The notes under the pieces were generated by a model. It did no database searches. It worked only from the letters and a program-made list of their open reading frames with translations, and was not told the origin of the DNA. The translations under genes were made by a program, and so were the position numbers. Source: a virus. Taken from it: DNA of 64,000 bases. The stretch is taken from positions 52,981 to 116,980 of IMG/VR virus record IMGVR_UViG_3300018875_000003; one strand, given 5' to 3'. Shown piece by piece: positions 48,534-58,684 of this stretch; the first letter of the stretch is position 1, and each line of letters opens with the position of its first letter.

Positions 48534-49532
48534 ATGAGCGCTGCTCCACAACGAAAGGTCGATCGCGACGAACTGTTCGAATATATTAAAACCCATATGG
48601 ATGAAGTCGGAAATATTGCGATTTCACCATCTGCATTAGCAAAGGAGTTCAATGTCGCCACGGCAACTATGACTCATCATTTGGGGGTATTAACCAACCA
48701 AGGAAAATTGGTGCTTACCGATATGGTTGGTCCTCAAAAGAAGAAGGTTTACCGGCTTGGCGCAGCGGGTCTTCCTAAGCAGGCGAAGTTGATTAATCCA
48801 GAAGAAAACCAAGATTTGATTGCTCAACTCAGACAGAATCTTCGCAATTATCTGCCATCTGGAACAGGGCAATCTGCTCAAAATAACGAGATAAAGAAAG
48901 AGCCTGATGTTGTTGAAGAGCCGCCTGCACCGCAGCCAGAGCAAGAAAAGGATCATACGGCAGATACTCAGCAGCAGGAAGCTCCGCAGCAAGAAGAGGT
49001 TCAGGAGCAATCGTCATCTTCTCCGCTGGATGATAAAGAGTTTCAACAGGCGATCATCGAAAGAGAAAAGTCGCTTGACGACGAAATACGTGATTATGAA
49101 GCCAGAAGAAAGTCATCTTCAGCTGAGACGATCTTGACGAAAGATGACCGGGAGATTCTATCAATTGCCTCTGAAAGCTTGCTTCAGTTTCAAATCTTCT
49201 TCAAGGATTTGACGGATCAGCTTTCTACTGTGGAGGATAAGAGGTTTATCCAGTCCCTCTTGGATGAAAGAAATAGGAATCTTGAGGAAATCCAAAACTT
49301 ACAGAGCCAGGTGACAACGCTGAGTCAAGCGGTCAATCAAATTACCGATCAAAAAGGTAAAGATAAAGAATCCGAACAGCGTGCGAAAGATATTTACCAG
49401 GCTCTGCTCTATACCATTGATACATTTGTCGAACAGCCTGCTCATGCGATGTACCTGAATCGAACAGAGTTCCGCAAGGACATAGGCGATAAAATAAAAG
49501 AGCTTTTTCTTTTATCCATGCGACAGAATTAG
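48534..49532 (+). CDS. HTH plus coiled-coil protein
   Basis: SALAKEFNVATATMTHHL. Confidence 0.7.
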   Translation: MSAAPQRKVDRDELFEYIKTHMDEVGNIAISPSALAKEFNVATATMTHHLGVLTNQGKLVLTDMVGPQKKKVYRLGAAGLPKQAKLINPEENQDLIAQLRQNLRNYLPSGTGQSAQNNEIKKEPDVVEEPPAPQPEQEKDHTADTQQQEAPQQEEVQEQSSSSPLDDKEFQQAIIEREKSLDDEIRDYEARRKSSSAETILTKDDREILSIASESLLQFQIFFKDLTDQLSTVEDKRFIQSLLDERNRNLEEIQNLQSQVTTLSQAVNQITDQKGKDKESEQRAKDIYQALLYTIDTFVEQPAHAMYLNRTEFRKDIGDKIKELFLLSMRQN

Positions 49533-49562
49533 GCCGTCTGACGACGGCAAAGGCTTTTTGAA
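49533..49562 (+). promoter_or_regulatory. motif copy 8 (hairpin subtype)
   Basis: GCCGT CTGACG ACGGCAAA GGCTT TT TGAA. Confidence 0.6.
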
Positions 49563-49584
49563 ATAAACGAAGGAGGTGCGCTCT

Positions 49585-50952
49585 GTGGCCGCATTCTATC
49601 CAGACGATTATAAAGCAGACTTGAAAGCCAAGGCTGATATCGTCCAAGTCATCAGTCAATTTACTCAACTTAATACAATGGGGAACAATGTGTTTGGAGT
49701 CTGTCCGTTTCATAATGATCATTCGCCTTCAATGCAGATCCGCTCCGATACACAAACGTTTTACTGTCACGCCTGCGGCGCTGGTTCCAGGAATCACAGC
49801 AGCGTCCAGGCTTCCGATGTGTATGGCTTTCTCAAAGGCATCTTAAATGCAAACATGGCGGGGGCTATTGAATGGCTCTCCGCTTTTCTTAATATCCCTC
49901 TTCCACCGATGAATCCGCAAGAAGCCCAGCGAGATAGGCTTCGCACAAGCTGGGTGCAGCACTGTGAACAGTCCGGCAGACGTTTTCATGAGCGTCTGCT
50001 GGCTCATCCAGACGCGATCAATTATCTGTACCAGCGTGGATTTAACATGAACGATATTAAACTTTGGAATTTAGGTATTGGTGACGATGAAGTTCTGGAT
50101 TTCCGGAACACCAAAGACCGCCTTGTATTCTCTCTTTACGACTTCTGGGGCAATCTGATCAGCTTTACCGGTCGGGTGCTGCTGCCGGATGGCGTGTTGA
50201 AAGAAAAGAACGAGCAGCTTAAAGCAGACAATAAGCCGCCGATCGTTAAGTATCTGGACCGCATCGGTCTGAAGAAAGACGACCCGAACTATGCGAATCA
50301 TCCGTATCCAGAGTTCGTCAAAGGCGATAATCTGTATGGCATCCATATCGCTAAGGATTATATTCGTCGCTTAGGTTCTGCGATCATTGTAGAAGGCTGG
50401 ACGGACGTTATGAAGCTCCACAAATACGGCGCACAGCATTCCGTGGCTACCATGGGTACCGCGCTGACTGCCAACCAAGTGAAACTTCTGAAGCGGGCTG
50501 GTGCAAAGACAGCCATTATTATGAGAGATGGGGATGAAGCCGGTGAATCCGCAACGATGCGTGATGCCAAAATCCTCAAGGAACATGACATTGAGCCGTT
50601 TGTTTTAGCACTGATGCCTGGTCTTGATCCATGCACAGCCTGTGACCAGTTTAATATGGTAGATGATTCGTTTGCCCGCTTTGTCGAGCATTATACGATG
50701 CCGGTTAATCAGTATCGCCTGAAGAAGATTTATCAGGATACACATGAAGGCATCGTATACCATCAGTCCAAGATCAGCCAGCTGCAGAACGAGCGGATGA
50801 AGAAAGTCATCCAGGTTCTCAGCAGTATTGAGGACCCGATTGAGAAGGATATCTATATCCGCCAAGCATCCGAGCTATTTGGAATCAACTACGAGTCTAT
50901 ACGCGGACATGTAACGCATTACCAAGAGAAAGGTATCTACATGGTGAAGTGA
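49585..50952 (+). CDS. dnaG: DNA primase
   Basis: CPFH.D..PS...C..C zinc finger; VEGWTD, MGTALT, DGDEAG TOPRIM motifs. Confidence 0.92.
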   Translation: MAAFYPDDYKADLKAKADIVQVISQFTQLNTMGNNVFGVCPFHNDHSPSMQIRSDTQTFYCHACGAGSRNHSSVQASDVYGFLKGILNANMAGAIEWLSAFLNIPLPPMNPQEAQRDRLRTSWVQHCEQSGRRFHERLLAHPDAINYLYQRGFNMNDIKLWNLGIGDDEVLDFRNTKDRLVFSLYDFWGNLISFTGRVLLPDGVLKEKNEQLKADNKPPIVKYLDRIGLKKDDPNYANHPYPEFVKGDNLYGIHIAKDYIRRLGSAIIVEGWTDVMKLHKYGAQHSVATMGTALTANQVKLLKRAGAKTAIIMRDGDEAGESATMRDAKILKEHDIEPFVLALMPGLDPCTACDQFNMVDDSFARFVEHYTMPVNQYRLKKIYQDTHEGIVYHQSKISQLQNERMKKVIQVLSSIEDPIEKDIYIRQASELFGINYESIRGHVTHYQEKGIYMVK

Positions 50953-51112
50953 TATGACAAGGCACTTTTTAAAAGGCATCCTGGATGAAATTTGGGATAA
51001 AGCGCTGGAAGAAGTAACATGCAGCTGCGGAAGCGATGACCATTGGGAGCAGACCATCAGAGGCGCTATTCGCTGCGCCGGCTGCAACCAAACGATTGTA
51101 TCTTAGGAAGAG

Positions 51113-51460
51113 GTGAATGGAATGAAAGTCCCAGTAAAGATTACCAGCAAAGTAACCGGCAGGGTTATAGAATCTTTAGTCTCGGCCCGCGAGCTGCTGG
51201 ATACGTATGAAGAAGTTATCGTACAGGATCTGACGAATTGCGAATGCCAGCCCGTTGGTGAAACCAATGTTGTCGATTGCAGTTGTGGCGACGAATGGGA
51301 TGATTATGAGCTGTTGATCGGAGATGAGGCCAACGTAGGCAGCGATTTGTTATCTGCTTCCGCTTTGTCTGTTCTACAGTCTGGACTGGTTACAACTTTG
51401 AATCATGGCCGCGAAAGGTACCGTGTCACACGAGCGCTTATTGACGTCGAAAAAATATAA
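51113..51460 (+). CDS. hypothetical protein
   Basis: CEC...CSC; start may be slightly downstream. Confidence 0.55.
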   Translation: MNGMKVPVKITSKVTGRVIESLVSARELLDTYEEVIVQDLTNCECQPVGETNVVDCSCGDEWDDYELLIGDEANVGSDLLSASALSVLQSGLVTTLNHGRERYRVTRALIDVEKI

Positions 51461-51473
51461 AGGAGGAAGCCTT

Positions 51474-51869
51474 ATGGGAGATCCATGGATGAAATCTGCT
51501 GATGAAAACTGGAAGCCTGGCGATATTCTGATTGCCAACACAAGTGACTTTGATTTGACCGAGGGAAAGGAATACCCTGTAGTTAATACAAACTTCTCAG
51601 GCATGGGGCTTGTTGGTATTATGGATGACAGAGGCATTATAGAGGACTACACCTCTGAATACTTCGATCGCAAAACCGAAGCCAAAGGGCGCATCGAAAT
51701 GACCGATGATGAGCTGCGCATTTATGATCAGAATGACCAAGAAATTGTCATTTGGACTCAGGATCAGTGGATAGATGACCCTTCCTTAGTTCTATCGATG
51801 GTCAATGCTGTTCACATCCTGCACACCCAGGGGCCAGAGTTTTTGAAAACAATTCTAAACGAAGTATAG
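51474..51869 (+). CDS. hypothetical protein
   Basis: RBS AAGGAGG. Confidence 0.6.
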   Translation: MGDPWMKSADENWKPGDILIANTSDFDLTEGKEYPVVNTNFSGMGLVGIMDDRGIIEDYTSEYFDRKTEAKGRIEMTDDELRIYDQNDQEIVIWTQDQWIDDPSLVLSMVNAVHILHTQGPEFLKTILNEV

Positions 51870-51879
51870 GAGGATTCAC

Positions 51880-52290
51880 ATGCAAGCAAAATTGACTTTT
51901 AGAAGCGAGCAGCCGCTTAGCGTTAAACCCGAGGTGTTTACCTGCGGCGGTTATTCTGTAGTAGACAAAAACGGCAATACAATCCCTTTTGATTGGGATC
52001 AGTTGACTGGCAATTCAGACATTGACGGAGAAGGATACTGGGTTGTTGAAGTTGACCATCAATTTTTTGCATCCGCTCATGATGATGAGTATCTTGAAAT
52101 TGGCCTTGATCCAAAAGATGTTACAGCTGAGCTTTTAACCAAGCTGCAACTTACCGAGGTTAACTACCAATGTTATCTGGATCCTGAAGAGACAACATTC
52201 GTCCCCGTAATCCTCACTTCGTTTGAAATCGATGGATGCGCATTCAGTCCCGAGCAGATTGCGGAGTATTACGAACATCTTGAGCAATAA
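51880..52290 (+). CDS. hypothetical protein
   Basis: RBS GGGAGG. Confidence 0.65.
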   Translation: MQAKLTFRSEQPLSVKPEVFTCGGYSVVDKNGNTIPFDWDQLTGNSDIDGEGYWVVEVDHQFFASAHDDEYLEIGLDPKDVTAELLTKLQLTEVNYQCYLDPEETTFVPVILTSFEIDGCAFSPEQIAEYYEHLEQ

Positions 52291-52316
52291 ATAAATAATA
52301 GGAAGGAAGAAGTATC

Positions 52317-52997
52317 ATGGCAGCAGGCAACTATAACAACAATGGCGGAGGTAAGCGCGGCAGCTTTGACCCATCCAAATACGAAACGGTAAAACGGAGA
52401 AAGGAGCGTCTTCGCAACGACTACCCCGATTCGGTTATTTATCCGATGCAGGTCTCCGGCGTATCCTACGCAAACCACTTTGTCGTGTTTATGACACTTA
52501 TCTGGAAAGATAAGAAGGATCGTGTGTCGAGTCCGGAAGTGATTGCTGCGGTTGCAGAGATGGCCAGAACAGTAACGGCTGACAATGCGGCAGTCGTTGC
52601 TGCTTCGATCGGTCTTCTGATGAATGCTGACTCTATCGGTTATTCACTGTCGATCGCAGGCGGTCGCCAGGCGGATCAATACGCTTGGGTCGAGAACTGC
52701 GAAGAGTCCGCCACCGGTCGCGCCCTGGATAACCTGGGTTATCATAGTGGCAGTGCAAGCCAGGAGGAAATGCAGAAAGTCATCGACACTGAAACGATTA
52801 CGAAACAGCGTATCCAGGTGGAAGGACAGATCAACACCTATCTGCAGCAGCTTGGCCAGATGGGAATCAACCTCCAGACCGTTCATGCGCAATGCGTAAA
52901 TAACGTTGGTAAGCAGTTCACGTATTTGACTGAACTCAATATTGACGAGCTTCAATCCGTGTTAACCGTTGTCCAAGCCGCAATGCCTGCCGCCTAA
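52317..52997 (+). CDS. putative Rad52-like single-strand annealing protein
   Basis: ENCEESATGRALDNLG motif. Confidence 0.5.
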   Translation: MAAGNYNNNGGGKRGSFDPSKYETVKRRKERLRNDYPDSVIYPMQVSGVSYANHFVVFMTLIWKDKKDRVSSPEVIAAVAEMARTVTADNAAVVAASIGLLMNADSIGYSLSIAGGRQADQYAWVENCEESATGRALDNLGYHSGSASQEEMQKVIDTETITKQRIQVEGQINTYLQQLGQMGINLQTVHAQCVNNVGKQFTYLTELNIDELQSVLTVVQAAMPAA

Positions 52998-53061
52998 TTC
53001 ATACTTCCTATTTCCTATTTCATATGATATATTGACCTCGGCTATGGTTATTGCGTATAAT
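52995..53061 (+). promoter_or_regulatory. heptad array 4 abutting a sigA promoter
   Basis: TAATTCA TACTTCC TATTTCC TATTTCA TATGATA, then TTGACC-18 nt-TATAAT. Confidence 0.65.
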
Positions 53062-53083
53062 CAAAGCCGAGGGAGGTGTACAT

Positions 53084-53611
53084 ATGGGTATTGATGATCT
53101 GTTTAGAAACGCAGCCGCTGGCGGGCAGAACCGGGTTTCCACTATGAAGCCGAAAATGCAACCCGTAAGCCAAGGAAGCGCGCCTGATCCAGTCAAGGAA
53201 GTTATGCAGGAGACAGCAGCAACGCGAGAGGAACAACCTGCACCTGCAGCAAGCGTGCCAATCCAACAACAACCGGCTCCGCGCCAAGAACGCACCGTGC
53301 CGCGTGTAAGATTGCCACAAGTTGTAACAGGGGCAGCAAAGTATCGCTTCATTAAACGACCTGATTTACCGGACGAGCTGTATCGGGAAGTTCCGGCAAC
53401 CAGCACGTATCAGATTTACAATGATCAGATCGAGGACTTTGTTAAGAAATTCTCTTCTAATAACGCACGATTCCGTGGCGGTGCGAAAATCACCCCATCG
53501 ATGCTAATTGAAGCCCTTTTGGATGTCGCTTATTACGACATGGAACTTCGACCTGAAGGTTTTGTTGATGTAGAAGACCTTCGTGACCATATCCGCAGTA
53601 AACTAAAGTAA
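53084..53611 (+). CDS. putative centromere-binding/RHH-like protein with disordered N-terminus
   Basis: RBS GGAGGTG; P/Q/A-rich N-half; C-terminal strand-helix-helix (STYQIY...ITPSMLIEALLD). Confidence 0.5.
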   Translation: MGIDDLFRNAAAGGQNRVSTMKPKMQPVSQGSAPDPVKEVMQETAATREEQPAPAASVPIQQQPAPRQERTVPRVRLPQVVTGAAKYRFIKRPDLPDELYREVPATSTYQIYNDQIEDFVKKFSSNNARFRGGAKITPSMLIEALLDVAYYDMELRPEGFVDVEDLRDHIRSKLK

Positions 53612-53714
53612 ATAGCAGCATAATGTAAGACGTTACAATTTTCTGCCTGTAACGTCTTTTATTATGCCTAAAACATGATATAATAGCTTATGCTACAGAA
53701 TGGAGGCCCATATT

Positions 53715-54167
53715 GTGGAGCTTATTAGTGCTTATATGTATAATCAAATCCCTTTTCAAACCATCGGTATTGCGCCTATAACGATCAACAATCTGATCTC
53801 TATGGGTTGGGTTGAAGACGAACGAAAGTCGGCAGCATATGCCATTATACACCGCCGCCTGAAAATTCAGGAGCAGTATTATAAGATGACCCTGCGCTTC
53901 AAGCGGATGCCGGACAACACCCTCGAACTGGATACTCCAGCGCCATTTATGATCGTACTCAGCGATCTGAAGGAGATTGAGCCACGTCCGCGTTTTGTTG
54001 ACACCGCCGTTTATCACAGCAAGAACGTCAAAACGGTGTCTGGCTATTTTGAGCAAGGCATCCCAACCGAATTGATCGAATCGCTGCACCTTGAACTGAA
54101 ATCGTGCCTGTCATATAAAAAAGAAGAGCCGTGGGTTATCGGCGTTGACTGGGGGAATAAGAAATGA
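53715..54167 (+). CDS. hypothetical protein
   Basis: GGAGG RBS 8 nt before GTG 53715, giving MELISAY. Confidence 0.6.
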   Translation: MELISAYMYNQIPFQTIGIAPITINNLISMGWVEDERKSAAYAIIHRRLKIQEQYYKMTLRFKRMPDNTLELDTPAPFMIVLSDLKEIEPRPRFVDTAVYHSKNVKTVSGYFEQGIPTELIESLHLELKSCLSYKKEEPWVIGVDWGNKK

Positions 54168-55426
54168 GTTTTGCACCAACACAAATGAACGCGGCACTTT
54201 CAAAGCGAACCGCACGGATCCTACGCACCTATCTTGATTTTCCATATAACAAACCTATTACTGCTCTCGATTTTAAAGCATTCGATGGACAACCGCTCAA
54301 CGAGCTGACTTTATGCGCCAGTGAGCGGTTTTTGTATGGCGCCGAGCCCGCACAGTTTATGGCCAAGCAGGCTAGTGAGTTTTTCGAACGTGTTGCAATT
54401 GCGACCTATAAGAGCGAATCCAAGATCAGTAACGATGTGTTCTCTCTGGCTCTCGTCAATCCGGTAGTTAGCCCTTACTTTATCAATGACATCTTTTCTT
54501 CTTACGATCCATTTCAGATTCCTGACTTTGAGGAAGAAGAGCGCCAGCGTCAGAAAAGCCTGGAGTCTACAAAGGATCATCTCGATCTCAACCAACTGGA
54601 GATGACTGCTGAAGAAATCGAACAGCGCAAAGCCGACATGGAAGAGCGTATTCAGAAAGCCATCGAAGAACGTAACATTGCGTATCGCCGCGCGCTGCGT
54701 GAGCAAGAGAAACGCACAGCTGCGTATCGTGATGATAAGCTGATGCTAGTGAATGCTACCCGCTATTTGAAGCCGGGCGGCATCCTGGTCATGATTACGC
54801 CGAAGGAGTTTATCGACGGACAGATCGCATTCAAACTGGCTAACAGTTATGAGGATATTCAAATCCTGCGACTGGAAGACGAAGAATATGAAGATCAGCG
54901 CAAGTGTGTGATTCTGGCCAAGAGACGGGCGAGGAACGTTCGTCAAGATACACTGCCTTATGAAATCATGCAGACGAAATACAAGTCGTATAAAGATATT
55001 CCAGTCATCTCATTTCAAGAGACACCAGCATACAAAGTGCCGGAGTCGCACAAGGATCAGGTCGTCAACTTCCGTATTGGACCGGTTACGCCTGATGAGG
55101 TCATGCACATGTTTAAGAAATCGGCTGTCGTTGAAAATTTTGCGATTCAGCACGGCATCACACTCGACAATCAAATACCAAAGCCGCCGACGCAGCTGCA
55201 TAAGGGTCACGTTTCCCTGACGCTGGCGAGCGGGCTGCTGAATGGATATATCGGAACAGGTCACGATCGACACCTGGTAAAAGGTTCTGTCGTGAAGAAG
55301 TCTACGGAAGTCACAGAGGAAGAAGACACAGAAGCTGGCACCGAAGTTAAAACAGTGGAGCGTGAGTATTTCCACATTGGAATTAAATATCTCGATCGTA
55401 ACGGGAATTTTCATAAATTGCTATAA
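54164..55426 (+). CDS. DUF6094-like methyltransferase-fold protein (degenerate motifs)
   Basis: LKPGGILVMITP, GHVSLTLASGLLNG, HLVKG; paired with the downstream helicase. Confidence 0.6.
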   Translation: MSFAPTQMNAALSKRTARILRTYLDFPYNKPITALDFKAFDGQPLNELTLCASERFLYGAEPAQFMAKQASEFFERVAIATYKSESKISNDVFSLALVNPVVSPYFINDIFSSYDPFQIPDFEEEERQRQKSLESTKDHLDLNQLEMTAEEIEQRKADMEERIQKAIEERNIAYRRALREQEKRTAAYRDDKLMLVNATRYLKPGGILVMITPKEFIDGQIAFKLANSYEDIQILRLEDEEYEDQRKCVILAKRRARNVRQDTLPYEIMQTKYKSYKDIPVISFQETPAYKVPESHKDQVVNFRIGPVTPDEVMHMFKKSAVVENFAIQHGITLDNQIPKPPTQLHKGHVSLTLASGLLNGYIGTGHDRHLVKGSVVKKSTEVTEEEDTEAGTEVKTVEREYFHIGIKYLDRNGNFHKLL

Positions 55427-55438
55427 GGAGGAAATAGC

Positions 55439-58400
55439 GTGGCTATACGAGTATCTGATGAGCTTTTTAGGCTCCATTTTCATGCGCGCGGTCCTGGGGC
55501 GCTGACTCAGACCTATGTTGACTTGCTTGTTATGGAAGAAATCCGGGCGAACTCATTCAATCTATATCTGGCGAATACAATGAATATCGATTCGAAGCAA
55601 AAGATATTTGCTTATGACATGGCTGAAGTCAAAACCGGTGTGATTCAACCTGCAGGTGATGAACAAGTCCAAAGATCGGAGTCCGTTAACATCTTCATTG
55701 AGGAGAAGGATTCCTTTGATAAATACGAGCAGCGCATTGATGATATGACGAACATCTTGTTTGTCTCGAAGAGAGCCAAGAATGATGTAAAAAAGAAAGA
55801 GATGCGCCGCATCGAAAACATTGCTCGCATCGAAAATGGCATGCGTTCGCTGCCGCCAGAACCTGAATTAATCTTGGCCTGGAATGGTGACACGCATTCG
55901 GAAATCTACCGCGTTCTGAACGACCGGTATAATACACCGATGCTGCCGGAATGGAAAGACGATATCGTTCAGACATGTATCGATCTCGGCTATTACAGAC
56001 CGCTTGTGGTAAAAAGCTACGGCCGTGATTATGATCTGGAGGCTGGACTGCTGCGCATCACAGAAGAAGATCTCGAAGAGATTATTTCCGAAGGCATTCG
56101 CTCCTATTCGATGCCGTTTGCGATTCTCGATGACGGCCCAACGGAAGAAGAATCCGTGCTAAAAGACTGCACAACACTGGATGTGTATCTGGAGAACTTC
56201 GCCGGCGAACTTGGCCAGCGTGTACAGGAGAACTCACAGCTCCGCTTTGATCCTATGACGCAGGAGCATCACCGTTCACTCTGGCATGCGAATATGCACG
56301 CCAATACCAAAGGCGTAACCGGCCTGTTCCCGCCGCAAGCAGACGTTGTAATGGGCTGTGCGAATACGTTGGCCGAGGACAAATATGTCTTCCTGATCGG
56401 GGAGATGGGTAGCGGGAAGACACCAATGGGTCTGACGATTCCATATGTGACCCATGCCGTTCGTTCCGGTACCGATAAACCGAAGCCGTTCCGGACGCTG
56501 GTTTTTGTTCCGGCGATCATGGTAGACAAATGGCAGCGTGAGATCGAAGAACGCGTTCCTGATGCAAAGGTATACCGCATCAACACCTGGAAGGATGTTC
56601 ATGCTCTTCGTAACAAACCGTATCGTCCGACCGAGATCGAGTATTACGTAATGAGTTCCGATGCTGCGAAGCAGACGTATCCGCTTGAGCCAGTTATGGA
56701 TTTCCGTCATGGCTGCGACGACAACAATGACTATGATGAGGTCATCGCCAAGAAGCGCGCCGGAAATCAAGTCCGCATTCGCCCAACAGTATCGACAACT
56801 TTCTTCAACGGCAATCCGGTCGATACGGTAATCCCTGGTCCGGAAGCGATGTATTGCCCGCAGTGCGGATCGCCAATCAAGAAGACCAAGACGAAGTATT
56901 CCGACGAGCATTACTTCCAGCTGCGCCGCGGCAAGGACAAGTGGTCGTGGAATATGAACCGTGAGAATTATCGCTGCCGCAGCATGGTCAGTGTGGAGAA
57001 TCTGCCGAAGAACCAGCGTCAGCCAGGAGCTACCGAGAAACAAGAATGCGGATACGTGTTCTGGAGCGCCAAGAAGCTGCCTCAGCGTTCGCTGGAGCGT
57101 AAGGTGTCTCCGGCATGGTATCTGAATAAACACCTTCGTCGTGGGTTCTTCGAGTACCTGATTGCCGATGAAGTACATGAGTACAAGTCCGGTGACTCCG
57201 ATCGTGCGAATGCGTTCGGACAACTGATCAATCACACGAATAAACAAATCCTGCTGACCGGTACGCTGCTGGGCGGTATGGCGCGCGATATCTTCTATCT
57301 GATCGCACGTCTGGACTCCAAGAAGCTCAAGATCGAAGGCATCAGCTATGACGATGAAAGCCTATTTGTGGAGCGCTACGGCGTTTATGAGCGTTCTCAA
57401 ACCGAGTTCTCCGATGACCGTAAAGGCAAGAAGCGGAAGAAGCAGCTTCCAGGCGTTTCACCGCAGGTATTCCCGCGTTTCCTGATGAGCAACTGCGCAT
57501 TCATCGAGCTGGGTGATCTGGGCTACGCGCTGCCGCCGTATCGAGAGATTCCGATGTTCGTCGATATGGAAGAGGAGCATCGTCAGAAATATGATGAGCT
57601 GGAAGGCAACATCCAGCGAGCCATGGGGCAAGGCGGAATGAAACATCTGTCTACCTACATCACCAAGCTGTATCAGTATGCCGACATGCCATTCCGTCAG
57701 GATCCGGTAACGTATCTGGATGAGCGGGATGTCGAAAAAGTGTTGTGCCAGCCGTACAGTTTCCCGGAAGAGTATACGCCGAACAAGTACTACAACTTGC
57801 AGGGGCTGCTTGAGGAGCAGGTGGAGCAGCGTGGCCGCAAGGTTCTGATCTATGCGCGATTCACTGGCGGCGACAACGGGGTGGATACCTGGTTGTATGA
57901 GCGCCTTAAACAAGACGGCTATAACGTAGGCATCCTGCGTTCGTCCGGCACGTATGACGGCATGAAGATGCCGAAGCAAGAGGACCGTGAATCTTGGCTG
58001 CGCAAGAAGATGGAGCAGCATGATTGGGATGTCCTCGTGACAAACTCCCGTCTCGTAGCTGTCGGTCTCGACTTGTTGATGTTCCCGCACATTCACTTCT
58101 ACCAAATGGATTACAGTGCCTACAACTACATGCAGGCTTCCCGCCGATCCTGGCGGATTAAGCAAACGCAGGAAGTTGAGGTTAGTACGTCCGTGTATCG
58201 CAATACAATCCAAGCAGACGTTCTGGAAAGCATTGCGAAGAAGATTGATGCAGCAATGGCGCTCCAAGGTAAATTCTCTGAAGAAGGTCTGCGAGCAATG
58301 GCCGATACTGGCGATGGCATCAACGCAATAGCCAAGAAGCTGATGAATGAAGGTCGTCTGGACAATATCAACTCTATCGAAGATCGCTGGAAGCGGATCA

Positions 58401-58681
58401 ACGCATCCTACGAGCAGCTGCAGAACAGTCAGTACGAAGGATACGACTCTTACGAGATGAACCCACTGGGTATCGAGAAAGTCCGCGAGATTCAGAAGGG
58501 GCTCGTCTCCAAGATGCGAATCGATGTGGCTGCCGGCAGAATCACGCAAGAGACGCTGGAAGACTACATGGATCATATCGAGAGTGTCTTCCGCGTGGTC
58601 GAAGATGTGCGTGAATATAACAAAGGCCTGCGCAAAGCTGACCGGATCGTTGAGGGTCAGGGCGAGCTGGCGTTGTTCTAA
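55439..58681 (+). CDS. large SF2/SNF2-related helicase
   Basis: GEMGSGKT, IADEVHE, LTGT, GLDL, QASRRSWRI. Confidence 0.88.
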   Translation: MAIRVSDELFRLHFHARGPGALTQTYVDLLVMEEIRANSFNLYLANTMNIDSKQKIFAYDMAEVKTGVIQPAGDEQVQRSESVNIFIEEKDSFDKYEQRIDDMTNILFVSKRAKNDVKKKEMRRIENIARIENGMRSLPPEPELILAWNGDTHSEIYRVLNDRYNTPMLPEWKDDIVQTCIDLGYYRPLVVKSYGRDYDLEAGLLRITEEDLEEIISEGIRSYSMPFAILDDGPTEEESVLKDCTTLDVYLENFAGELGQRVQENSQLRFDPMTQEHHRSLWHANMHANTKGVTGLFPPQADVVMGCANTLAEDKYVFLIGEMGSGKTPMGLTIPYVTHAVRSGTDKPKPFRTLVFVPAIMVDKWQREIEERVPDAKVYRINTWKDVHALRNKPYRPTEIEYYVMSSDAAKQTYPLEPVMDFRHGCDDNNDYDEVIAKKRAGNQVRIRPTVSTTFFNGNPVDTVIPGPEAMYCPQCGSPIKKTKTKYSDEHYFQLRRGKDKWSWNMNRENYRCRSMVSVENLPKNQRQPGATEKQECGYVFWSAKKLPQRSLERKVSPAWYLNKHLRRGFFEYLIADEVHEYKSGDSDRANAFGQLINHTNKQILLTGTLLGGMARDIFYLIARLDSKKLKIEGISYDDESLFVERYGVYERSQTEFSDDRKGKKRKKQLPGVSPQVFPRFLMSNCAFIELGDLGYALPPYREIPMFVDMEEEHRQKYDELEGNIQRAMGQGGMKHLSTYITKLYQYADMPFRQDPVTYLDERDVEKVLCQPYSFPEEYTPNKYYNLQGLLEEQVEQRGRKVLIYARFTGGDNGVDTWLYERLKQDGYNVGILRSSGTYDGMKMPKQEDRESWLRKKMEQHDWDVLVTNSRLVAVGLDLLMFPHIHFYQMDYSAYNYMQASRRSWRIKQTQEVEVSTSVYRNTIQADVLESIAKKIDAAMALQGKFSEEGLRAMADTGDGINAIAKKLMNEGRLDNINSIEDRWKRINASYEQLQNSQYEGYDSYEMNPLGIEKVREIQKGLVSKMRIDVAAGRITQETLEDYMDHIESVFRVVEDVREYNKGLRKADRIVEGQGELALF

Positions 58682-58684
58682 GCT

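Noticed and set aside
56276-58576. Long antisense ORFs within the helicase (and similarly within thyX, pcrA and the AAA gene)
   Set aside because: Shadow frames of well-supported + strand genes
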